Positions 1 through 7,073 of a stretch of 25,334 bases of DNA are shown here, piece after piece. Position 1 is the stretch's first letter. Each line of letters opens with the position of its first letter. A program made the position numbers and the translations under genes. The notes beneath the pieces are model-generated. The model was given only the letters and a program-made list of their open reading frames with translations, ran no database searches and was not told the origin of the DNA. This DNA comes from Fimbriiglobus sp. (GTDB lineage Bacteria > Planctomycetota > Planctomycetia > Gemmatales > Gemmataceae): positions 1 to 25,334 of the forward strand of contig JAYVTJ010000352.1 in assembly GCA_043774415.1 (NCBI GenBank). The letters run 5' to 3'.

Positions 1-6
1 CGCGAA

Positions 7-699
7 CTACGCCTTCCCCAGCACCAAATCGACGACCCAGCAGCCGCGCACGTGCTCCCCCGGTTCCCGGCAGTGGAGGAGCACATCCGCATTGGTGCAG
101 CCGGCCTCTTCGAGGGCATCCGCGAGGACCGGCAGGCGGTCGAAGGCGCGGTCGTCGTAGATCGCGGCGGCGATCGCGACGACGATGGGCGTGATCCAAG
201 CGGGATCGGCGGCGACCGGGCGGAAGGGGTTGCCGAAGATGTCGCGGATGAGATTGCACTGCGCAAATTCTTCGGAGACCGCGCCATCCTTCGGCAGACT
301 GCCGGGATCGATTCCCGATTCGTGTGCGCGGATGTAGATGGCCTGCTGTCGCGCTTCGACCATGAAGGGAAGAATCTGTCCGGTCGAAAATTCGCACTTC
401 TTATCCAGCAGCTTTTGGACACACCAAGCCGCAGGGGATGGAATCGGAAACGGCATCTCGGGAATCGCTTCGTGGATGGCCCGTCGAACCGCCTTGCGTT
501 CGAGGGGAAGCAGTTCGCCGTGCAGCCTGCGATCGGCTATCCGCATTCCCTCGGCGAGCAGTGGGATCTGCATGAGCTCGGGGAACCGGAGGCAGCAGGC
601 CAAGCCCAGCAGTCGGGCTTTCCGGTCGCTGCCATTGCGTCCGAGGTGTTGGAGCATCGGCGGGGTCGAAGCACATGTCAGCCAGTCCTTTTCCGTCAT
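7..699 (-). CDS. Gemmataceae-type expanded paralogue family protein (often auto-annotated SMI1/KNR4 family; function unknown), 230 aa
   Basis: N-terminal MTEKDWL..C..P.ML..L...S.RK.RL..ACC and C-terminal LIRDIFGNPFRP..W....V..A..IY..RAFDRLP.LADALEEAGC...HCR...HVRGCWVVDL.LGK match the pattern I recall for this family. Recognised from memory, not searched. Confidence 0.75.
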   Translation of the reverse strand: MTEKDWLTCASTPPMLQHLGRNGSDRKARLLGLACCLRFPELMQIPLLAEGMRIADRRLHGELLPLERKAVRRAIHEAIPEMPFPIPSPAAWCVQKLLDKKCEFSTGQILPFMVEARQQAIYIRAHESGIDPGSLPKDGAVSEEFAQCNLIRDIFGNPFRPVAADPAWITPIVVAIAAAIYDDRAFDRLPVLADALEEAGCTNADVLLHCREPGEHVRGCWVVDLVLGKA

Positions 700-835
700 C
701 GCGCATTCCTCCGCCGCTATCCCGCTTCTCCATTATGCAGCGGGGTCGCGCACAACCGAGCCGCGAGCGTGTGCTGCGTCTTGGAACCGCACGCAGCTCA
801 CGCTCGCGGCTCGGGAAGACCGCTCCGCGAACGCC

Positions 836-872
836 CAAAAACGAAAGCGGCCGAGCTTGCGCCCGGCCGCTT
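836..872 (-). terminator. Rho-independent terminator closing the alpha operon
   Basis: On the minus strand: AAGCGGCCG-GGC-GCAA-GCT-CGGCCGCTT, a GC stem with a GNRA-type tetraloop followed by TCGTTTTT, about 25 nt after the rplQ stop. Confidence 0.8.
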
Positions 873-896
873 CGCGGAGAGTGATGCGGTTGACCG

Positions 897-1415
897 TCAG
901 GCATTCAGTGCGGCGGGGGCCGGGGCCGGTTCGGAGGCGCGGACCTTCGTCTTCACTTCGCCCTCCTTCATCAGCTCGATGATCGCCGTTTCGCCGCCGT
1001 CGCCGAGGCGGCGGTAGCTCAGCTTCAGCACGCGGGTGTAGCCGCCCGGACGGTCGAGGAAGCGCGGCCCGAGCACGTTGAAGAGCTTCTTCAGCACGGT
1101 GTCGTTGCCCTCGACGAGTTCGCCGGCTTTGTCGTAGACGCCGGTGCCGTGCATCGGCCCGAGCTTCGCCATCGCCTGACGGCGAAGGTGGAGCGCGGCG
1201 ATCTTACCGGTCGGCGAGCCTTCGCCGGCCGTGAGCTTCGCGGCGTTCTTCGCCAGCGTGATGAGCTTCTCGATGAAGGGGCGCAGCTCCTTCGCCTTCG
1301 GGATCGTGGTGCGGATGCTCTCGTGGGTGATGAGCGCCCGGCTGAGGTTGCGGAAGAGGGCGAGGCGGTGACTCGCGTTGCGGTTGAGTTTGCGGCCGCG
1401 GCGGCGGTGGTTCAT
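897..1415 (-). CDS. rplQ: 50S ribosomal protein L17, 172 aa (start reassigned to MNHRRRGRKLNR)
   Basis: MNHRR.GRKLNRN.SHR.AL.RN....LI.HE.I.TT..KAKELR...EKLITLAK and LF..LGPRF..R.GGYTR.LK motifs; directly downstream of rpoA. Confidence 0.97.
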   Translation of the reverse strand: MNHRRRGRKLNRNASHRLALFRNLSRALITHESIRTTIPKAKELRPFIEKLITLAKNAAKLTAGEGSPTGKIAALHLRRQAMAKLGPMHGTGVYDKAGELVEGNDTVLKKLFNVLGPRFLDRPGGYTRVLKLSYRRLGDGGETAIIELMKEGEVKTKVRASEPAPAPAALNA

Positions 1416-1476
1416 GTCGGACTCCGATTCGGGTGAGAACCCTGCCCCGGTTGAAGGAAGGCGGGGGACACGGGGG

Positions 1477-1557
1477 AAGAAGTGAGGAGTTCGGAGTGCG
1501 GAGTTGAGAATGAAGAACAGCATTCTTCGATTCCGAACTCCGAATTCCGCACTTCTC
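1477..1557. repeat. Inverted repeat (hairpin) whose arms are tandem 7-nt units, GGAGTKC/ACTCCGM type
   Basis: AAGAAGT GAGGAGT TCGGAGT GCGGAGT TGAGAAT GAAGAA-cagca-TTCTTC g ATTCCGA ACTCCGA ATTCCGC ACTTCTC, in the rpoA-rplQ spacer. Confidence 0.85.
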
Positions 1558-2557
1558 AACGTTTCGTCTTCATGCCCAGGTGCATGCCCTTTTCTTTGAG
1601 CTTGGCCTGGACTTCTTTGAGGGTCGTTTCGCCGAAGTTGCGGACTTCGAGCAGCTCTTCGTCGGTGCGCATCACGAGGTCGCGGACCGTCGCGATCCCC
1701 TCGGATTCGAGGCAGTTCGTCGCCCGAACCGAGAGTTCGAGTTCGGCGAGGCTCATGTTGAGCTTCTTCTCGAGTTCGTTATCGATGATGCCCGAAGACG
1801 GGCTGCTGGTCTCGAACGGGCCGTCGTCGAGCGCCAGTTCGGGGCCGGCTTCGCTGTACTGCACGAAGGCGTTCAGGTGCTTGCGCAGAATCTTCGCCGC
1901 TTCGACGAGGGCCATCTGCGGGGCGATGGTGCCGTTCGTCCAGATCTCCATCACGAGGCGGTCGTAGTTCGTCTTCTGGCCGACGCGGGTCTCTTCGATG
2001 TCGTACTTCACGCGGATGACCGGCGAGAAGCTGCTGTCCACGGGGATCACGCCGATCTCGCGCTCGCGGCCGTTCTCGTCGGCGGTCCGGTAGCCGCGGC
2101 CGTTCTCCACGGTCATCTCGATGACCAGCGGCACCTCGGCCGTCAGCGTGGCGATCTTGTGTTCCGGGTTGACGATCTGCACGGTCTCGTCGTGCTCGAT
2201 GTCGGCGCCGAGGACTTCGCGCTTGTCGCGGGTGCCGTGGGCGTTGATGCGGATGGTCTTGGGCTGATCCGAGAGGTTCTTGACGACGAGCGCCTTGACG
2301 TTCAGGACGATGTCGGTGACGTCTTCGACGACGCCGGGGATCGTGCTGATCTCGTGCTGGACGCCCTGGATCTTGATCTTGGTGACCGCGCTGCCTTCGA
2401 GGCTCGACAGCAGGATGCGGCGGATGCTGTTGCCGACGGTCATGCCGAAGCCGCGCTCGAACGGCTCGATGCTGAACTTGCCGTACATGTCGGTGAGGCT
2501 CGGTCGGTCGGCTTGAACCCGGTTCGGGAGTTCGAGGCCACGCCAGCGGATACGCAT
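1556..2557 (-). CDS. rpoA: DNA-directed RNA polymerase subunit alpha, 333 aa
   Basis: [67 protein letters not shown] and alpha-CTD LELSVRA.NCL..EGI; GAGGA Shine-Dalgarno upstream. Confidence 0.99.
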   Translation of the reverse strand: MRIRWRGLELPNRVQADRPSLTDMYGKFSIEPFERGFGMTVGNSIRRILLSSLEGSAVTKIKIQGVQHEISTIPGVVEDVTDIVLNVKALVVKNLSDQPKTIRINAHGTRDKREVLGADIEHDETVQIVNPEHKIATLTAEVPLVIEMTVENGRGYRTADENGREREIGVIPVDSSFSPVIRVKYDIEETRVGQKTNYDRLVMEIWTNGTIAPQMALVEAAKILRKHLNAFVQYSEAGPELALDDGPFETSSPSSGIIDNELEKKLNMSLAELELSVRATNCLESEGIATVRDLVMRTDEELLEVRNFGETTLKEVQAKLKEKGMHLGMKTKR

Positions 2558-2707
2558 GAGAAATCCTCGTGATCGTTCGGTGTCGGCTTTCCGCGCGTCG
2601 GCGAATCGACGGCGAGCCAGAACCTGCGACCGAGACTCTTGAAATCGAAACGCCGCCCGGAGTTCGCAGATCCGGGTCGGGACACCACACTCGGCGGGTT
2701 CCGCGGG

Positions 2708-3281
2708 TCAGCGTATTCCGCCCCGTTCTTCTTCTTGCCGCCGTTCGTCGATGGCTTCTTCGAGCAGTTGCTCGAACGTCGCCGCATATCCGCCGTCGAT
2801 CCGAGTCAGCGCCGTGCGGACCGCATCGATTTCGGGATCCGCGGTCTTTTTCAAAACCTCGACCACATGGGCACGATCCTTTTGCCGTCCGGCGCTGATC
2901 TTCAATTCGATCCAGCCCGGCAGACTCGCGTAACCCAGTCCCCGTTCGACGCCCATCGCCGCCGGTGCGGGAATCGTCGTTGGCGAGGTATTCTTCGCAC
3001 GGCTGCCTTCTGGCACGACGTTGATTTCGACATCGCCGTGGGTCAGGGTGTGCCACCCGGATTCCGCCCGACACACGAGTTTGAACCCGTAGGCCGGGGC
3101 CACAATCAGGAAGCGGTCGAGATCCGCGCGGGCAATCGCGATATCGGTCCTGCGTGGCCGCGGGGTAGCCGTAGTGGATCGCGGCCAGTCCGCCGACGAT
3201 CGCCACGGCGATCCCTTCGGACACCGCGAGGCTCTGCAAATCACCGAGCGCCCGCGTGAAACGATTTTCTTCCGTGCCCAT
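2708..3281 (-). pseudogene. Nucleotidyltransferase-superfamily gene (about 191 aa when repaired), frameshifted at about 3146; pseudogene or sequencing error
   Basis: The 5' frame from ATG 3281 reads MGTEENRFTRALGDLQSLAVSEGIAVAIVGGLAAIHYGYPAATQD. The 3' frame continues DIAIARADLDRFL...LPGWIELKISAGRQKDRAHVVEVL. Joined, they give the GG.A...G....T.D.D motif and the C-terminal LI.LK..AGR.KD..D-like motif. Confidence 0.75.
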
Positions 3282-3365
3282 GACCGCCCTCACACTCTCC
3301 GAGCCGCGGGCGAGAACGTTCGCGGCGGCGAAGAGTTCGAGGGGAACCGGAGCGACCATGGTGGC

Positions 3366-4001
3366 CTACCGCGTGGCGATTTCGATGATGAGCTGCTCGC
3401 GGATTTCCGCGATGCGGCTGTCCACATCCTGCCGGGTCGGGATGCGGGTCATCTTGCCTTCGGGCTCCTCGTTGTTGAGGAGCATGAGGAAGTCCGGGAT
3501 CTGCGGCGGGGTCGTCTGCAGCGCGGTCTTGGCCAGCTTCTGGCTGCGGACGTTCATCTTCACTTTCACCACGTCGTTCGGCTTCAGGAGCATGCTGCTC
3601 ACGTCGCACTTGCGGCCGTTGACCATGACGTGGCCGTGGCTCACGAGCAGGCGGGCGGCCGGGCGGCTCGGGGCGAAGCCGAGGCGGTGGACGACGTTGT
3701 CGAGGCGGCGTTCGAGGATCGACAGCAGCCCTTCGCCGGTGTTCGCCGAGGTGCGTGCGGCGAGCTGGAAGTAGCGCACGAACTGCCGTTCGAGGATGCC
3801 GTAGAAGAACTTGAGGCGCTGCTTCTCGCGGAGGCGGACGCCGTACTCGGACACTTTGCTGCGGCGGGTGCCGTGCATACCGGGCGGCGGCGCTTCGCGG
3901 TCGATGGGGCACTTCGGCGTGTAGCAGCGCGAGCCCTTGAGGTAGAGCTTGATCTGCTCGCGCCGGCAGCGCTTGCAAACGGGGTCGGTGAATCGGGCCA
4001 T
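3366..4001 (-). CDS. rpsD: 30S ribosomal protein S4, Cys-containing (zinc-binding type), 211 aa
   Basis: MARFTDPVCKRCRRE..KLYLKG.RC...KCP, SEYG.RLREKQ.LK..YG..E.QF, LE.RLDNVV.RLGF...R..AR.LV.HGH..VNG. Confidence 0.99.
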   Translation of the reverse strand: MARFTDPVCKRCRREQIKLYLKGSRCYTPKCPIDREAPPPGMHGTRRSKVSEYGVRLREKQRLKFFYGILERQFVRYFQLAARTSANTGEGLLSILERRLDNVVHRLGFAPSRPAARLLVSHGHVMVNGRKCDVSSMLLKPNDVVKVKMNVRSQKLAKTALQTTPPQIPDFLMLLNNEEPEGKMTRIPTRQDVDSRIAEIREQLIIEIATR

Positions 4002-4105
4002 AGACGCGAATCCCCGGAACGAGCCGGGGCCTCAACTGGGGTCATAGGGAGCGGCCACGAGATGAACGGCGAACCCCAGGGTCGGATCGTTCGGGCCTTT
4101 GTGAA

Positions 4106-4192
4106 AGTGGGTAGTGATCGGTGGTCGGTGGTTAGAAAAGAGACACTACTCGGCGGTTCTTTCTAACCACTGCCCACTGTTCACCGACCACT
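4106..4192. repeat. Inverted repeat (hairpin) of tandem 7-nt units, AGTGGTC/GACCACT type
   Basis: AGTGGGT AGTGATC GGTGGTC GGTGGTT AGAAAAG ... CTTTCT AACCACT GCCCACT GTTCACC GACCACT, in the rpsK-rpsD spacer. Confidence 0.85.
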
Positions 4193-4193
4193 A

Positions 4194-4574
4194 CTATACC
4201 CGTCGCTTCTTGGGCGGGCGGCAGCCGTTGTGCGGGAGCGGGGTCACGTCTTCGATCGCCTTGACGTTCAGGCCCGAAGCCTGCAGCGCGGTGACGGCGG
4301 ATTCGCGGCCGGCGCCGGGGCCTTTGACCTTCACTTCGACTTCCTTCACGCCGAACTTGGCGGCCTTGCCGGCGCACTCTTCGGCCGCGCGCTGGGCGGC
4401 GAAGGGCGTACTCTTTCGGCTCCCCTTGAAGCCGACGGCTCCGCCCGAACTCGTGCAGAGCGTGTCGCCGTTGGTGTCGCTGATCGTCACGATCGTGTTG
4501 TTGAACGTCGATTGGATGTGCGCGACGCCCTTCGAGACGTTCCGGCGGGCTTTTTTCTTCTTGTTCTTGGCCAT
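4194..4574 (-). CDS. rpsK: 30S ribosomal protein S11, 126 aa
   Basis: [54 protein letters not shown]. Confidence 0.99.
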   Translation of the reverse strand: MAKNKKKKARRNVSKGVAHIQSTFNNTIVTISDTNGDTLCTSSGGAVGFKGSRKSTPFAAQRAAEECAGKAAKFGVKEVEVKVKGPGAGRESAVTALQASGLNVKAIEDVTPLPHNGCRPPKKRRV

Positions 4575-4580
4575 TGTAGT

Positions 4581-4673
4581 AGTGGTCGGTGGTTAGTGGA
4601 TAGTGGTCAGTGAAAAGCCAGAAGGAGTGGCGGGCCAGACTTTCTGACCACTGACCACCGACCACTGGCCACT
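4581..4673. repeat. Inverted repeat (hairpin) of tandem 7-nt units, AGTGGTC/GACCACT type
   Basis: AGTGGTC GGTGGTT AGTGGAT AGTGGTC AGTGAAAAG ... CTTTCT GACCACT GACCACC GACCACT GGCCACT, in the rpsM-rpsK spacer. Confidence 0.87.
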
Positions 4674-4678
4674 ATTGC

Positions 4679-5059
4679 TTACTTGTCCTTCACGCCCTTC
4701 TTGCCGGCGACCGTCTTGCGGATGCCCTTGCGGGTGCGGGCGTTCGTCTTGCTGCGCTGGCCGCGGCAGGGGAGGTTCTTGCGGTGCCGCTCGCCGCGGT
4801 ACGACTTGATTTCCTTGAGCCGCTGGATGTTGCCGCCCTCGAAGCGGCGCAGTGCCCCTTCGACCGTGTAATCGCGGTCGATGGTGATGGCCAGCCGGGC
4901 GACTTCGTCGTCCGTGAGGGTCGCGGCTTTTCGCTGGGGGTCGAGGCCGACCTTGGCGCAGAGCTCCAGCGCGGTCGTCGGCCCGATCCCCTTCAGATAG
5001 CGGAGGGAGATGTGGGTCGGCTTGTTCGAAGGGATGTCGACGCCTTGAATACGGGGCAT
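4679..5059 (-). CDS. rpsM: 30S ribosomal protein S13, 126 aa
   Basis: MPRIQGVDIP..K...ISL.Y..GIG...A, VEG.LRR....NI.RL..I.SYRG.RH...LP.RGQR.KTNARTRKG. Confidence 0.99.
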   Translation of the reverse strand: MPRIQGVDIPSNKPTHISLRYLKGIGPTTALELCAKVGLDPQRKAATLTDDEVARLAITIDRDYTVEGALRRFEGGNIQRLKEIKSYRGERHRKNLPCRGQRSKTNARTRKGIRKTVAGKKGVKDK

Positions 5060-5075
5060 AGCGGTCCGTCCTGAA

Positions 5076-5189
5076 TTAGCCTTGGCGTTGTTTGTGCCGG
5101 GGGTCTTCGCAGATGACGCGCACGACGCCCTTGCGCTTGATCATTTTGCACTTGTCGCACATGCGCTTGATGCTGGTTCGCACTTTCAT
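5076..5189 (-). CDS. rpmJ: 50S ribosomal protein L36, zinc-ribbon (C+) form, 37 aa; missing from the supplied ORF track
   Basis: Translated by hand: [37 protein letters not shown], with CxxC...C...H; immediately upstream of rpsM. Confidence 0.98.
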   Translation of the reverse strand: MKVRTSIKRMCDKCKMIKRKGVVRVICEDPRHKQRQG

Positions 5190-5325
5190 GATTCGGCCCT
5201 ATCAAAAGCAAAAGCCACCGGGGTAGCCCGGCGGGCGAATCGGCCACCGTCGATCCGGGCGGACCCGGAGTCTGACAAGCGGCCTCGGCGGTGCGGAACC
5301 CGAGTTCGGGAATCGCGGTTCTGCC

Positions 5326-5331
5326 ATCCTA
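5326..5331 (-). promoter_or_regulatory. Possible -10 element (TAGGAT) for the rpmJ/alpha operon
   Basis: TAGGAT about 140 nt upstream of the rpmJ ATG, with CAGACA at about 17 nt spacing as a weak -35. Motif match only. Confidence 0.3.
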
Positions 5332-5475
5332 GCGATGCGCAGCGGAAGTGTCTGCGCCGCGCGGGAAGAATTTTCCGGAGGGTCAGGGAGCAGTGACGCG
5401 TGGTACTACCCGGCGCGCCAGCCCAGCGTATGCTGGTGTATGCAGTTTCCGAACGGTTTGGAAATCCTGATCGCC

Positions 5476-5868
5476 ATGAACGAAACTTCCACCCTGCTCG
5501 CCACACCTCCGCACGAATCGGTCGCCGATCTCGGCTGGATCCGCTCGCTCGACGCACTCCACCGGATCCGAACACTCGACGACGACTGGGACGGCGAAGG
5601 TTCCGTCGCTCCCGGAGCGGCGCTGGTCGATGGAGCCATCCGCTTGGCCATCGAGCTCCGCGATCGCGGGATGATCCCGCCCGATTTCGTCTTGACCACG
5701 GACGAGGGGACCGTTCACTTCGAATGGCGCGGCCCGCACGAATACCGGGAGATCGAAGTCCTCTCTCCGGTCGCCGGAGAATTGCGCCGATTCCATAAGG
5801 ACGCTGCCCGGAACTTCACAGTCCTGAGCTTCGAACTCGACTCCTATCCGATGCACGAGTCGATTTGA
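5476..5868 (+). CDS. Conserved hypothetical protein with an L..L.D.WDG.G...P ... EG...FEW motif, 130 aa (alternative start 5440)
   Basis: ALHRIRTLDDDWDGEGSVAPGAALVDGAIRL...PPDFVLTTDEGTVHFEW...EIEV is a pattern I recognise from widespread uncharacterised accessory genes. Stops 16 nt before the next gene. Confidence 0.75.
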   Translation: MNETSTLLATPPHESVADLGWIRSLDALHRIRTLDDDWDGEGSVAPGAALVDGAIRLAIELRDRGMIPPDFVLTTDEGTVHFEWRGPHEYREIEVLSPVAGELRRFHKDAARNFTVLSFELDSYPMHESI

Positions 5869-5884
5869 TGCTGCCCGGAGTGCC

Positions 5885-6316
5885 ATGAAAGCCGAGACCG
5901 AACCGATTTCGGACGACGAATGGCTGCTGCGTCGGGTGCGGATCGAAGAATTCCGCGAAGGCTCGATCCCGCTGATCTCGGCCAACGCCTTCAAACCCCG
6001 CGTCGAGGGACGGGAGCCGGACACCACCGGCATCAGCTTGTACCGCGAAGCCTGTCTCGCCGACCCTTCCGATATCTCGGCGACGGTGCCCGTCGAGAAG
6101 CGGCACGAGTCCGGCATCGTCCGGACCCCGATGACCGAATTCCAATCCGGCGGTTTGACCGTTGTCGCTTCGCTCGCTCCCATCCCCGGCCACGTGGTCG
6201 TGTCGGAATTGAATGCGGACGCATATCGGGCGGACAAAGGCAAGTTCGCCCCGATCAAAGATCTGCTGGCCACCGTCGCGTTCGAGAATATCGTCCTGCA
6301 TCCGGGCGAGGCGTGA
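5885..6316 (+). CDS. Hypothetical protein, putative ADP-ribosyltransferase-like fold (Tse2/RES-like), 143 aa
   Basis: Motif order E.LLRR - SANAFKP - D..GISLYR - G......GL.V - PGH suggests the beta-strand R / S-x-S-like / distal His arrangement of small ART-fold toxins. The fold call is inference. Confidence 0.65.
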   Translation: MKAETEPISDDEWLLRRVRIEEFREGSIPLISANAFKPRVEGREPDTTGISLYREACLADPSDISATVPVEKRHESGIVRTPMTEFQSGGLTVVASLAPIPGHVVVSELNADAYRADKGKFAPIKDLLATVAFENIVLHPGEA

Positions 6317-6318
6317 TC

Positions 6319-6948
6319 CTACTGCGGATTCGCCGGAGCGAGGCCCCACTGCCACGTCAGCCCGCTCGGATGCCGGCAGCGGCAGAGCCACTTCCCGGCC
6401 TTCGGCCGACGGATTTTGCGGTGCACCGTGCGGCATCCTTCGCAGATCGCGAACGATCCCGGCGCATCGGCGAGCTTCTCGGGCACATAGGGTCGGAAGG
6501 CCGGGTCGCCTTTGTACTCGTAGGTCAAAGGGGCGCGCGCCGTGCAGGCGCAGCGGTAGCCCGTGAGACTCGGCGGACGCTTGTAGCGGTGGTGCGTGAT
6601 CCCGCAGGCGGCGCAGTCGGATTGCCAATCGCCGGGCTTCACGACCGCTTCGCCGGAGCGGTCGCATGCCACCGGCTTCGCCCCGAGTCGCACCGCGACC
6701 GCCTGCCATGCGGGGCCGTGCCCGGCTTTCGGCCCGGCGAGCGCGTGGGCGATCTCGTGCCGGAGGGTGTCGAGCACATGGTCTTCTGGGCTGTTGGCCG
6801 CGTAGTACTCGGCGATCTCGATGCGCTTCACGCGGTACTTGCAGACCCCGAGCCGGCGCTTGGAATCGCCGAAGGTGAACGTCCAGCCGACGAGGTTGTG
6901 CGCGGTCAGTTCCTGCGCGGCGACCAGCACGAGCTTTTGGAGGTCCAT
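6319..6948 (-). CDS. SprT-like zinc metalloprotease with two C-terminal Zn-ribbon-like modules, 209 aa (alternative start 6954)
   Basis: W.F.F...KRRLG.C.Y....I.I, DTLRHEIAHAL.G...GHG..W...A..LG is the SprT HExxH signature. Confidence 0.88.
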   Translation of the reverse strand: MDLQKLVLVAAQELTAHNLVGWTFTFGDSKRRLGVCKYRVKRIEIAEYYAANSPEDHVLDTLRHEIAHALAGPKAGHGPAWQAVAVRLGAKPVACDRSGEAVVKPGDWQSDCAACGITHHRYKRPPSLTGYRCACTARAPLTYEYKGDPAFRPYVPEKLADAPGSFAICEGCRTVHRKIRRPKAGKWLCRCRHPSGLTWQWGLAPANPQ

Positions 6949-7073
6949 TCGCATCACCCGGACTGTTTCTGACCGGCCAATGTCAATCACCATCAGCCTA
7001 CCGACTCTTTTCTCTTTCGCCCGTGCTTCACGGCGGGTACGCTCATGCTTCCCGCCCACCCTCCCGGTGACCC

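Noticed and set aside
1416-1559. 48-aa N-terminal extension of L17 in the ORF track
   Set aside because: It is a translation of the heptamer hairpin spacer; homology to L17 begins at MNHRR (1415).
52-3359. Long alternative ORFs overlapping the ribosomal genes (52-1017 +, 1580-2572 +, most of 1779-3359 -)
   Set aside because: Antisense or off-frame shadows of well-supported genes in high-GC DNA, with Arg/Pro/Gly-rich low-complexity translations. Only the 3281-3147 part of 1779-3359 is used (NTase N-terminus).
4106-4673. Heptamer arrays as a CRISPR array or as small ORFs
   Set aside because: Units are 7 nt, directly tandem and inverted, with no 25-45 nt repeats separated by unique spacers and no cas genes. 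The ORFs crossing them are just repeat translations.
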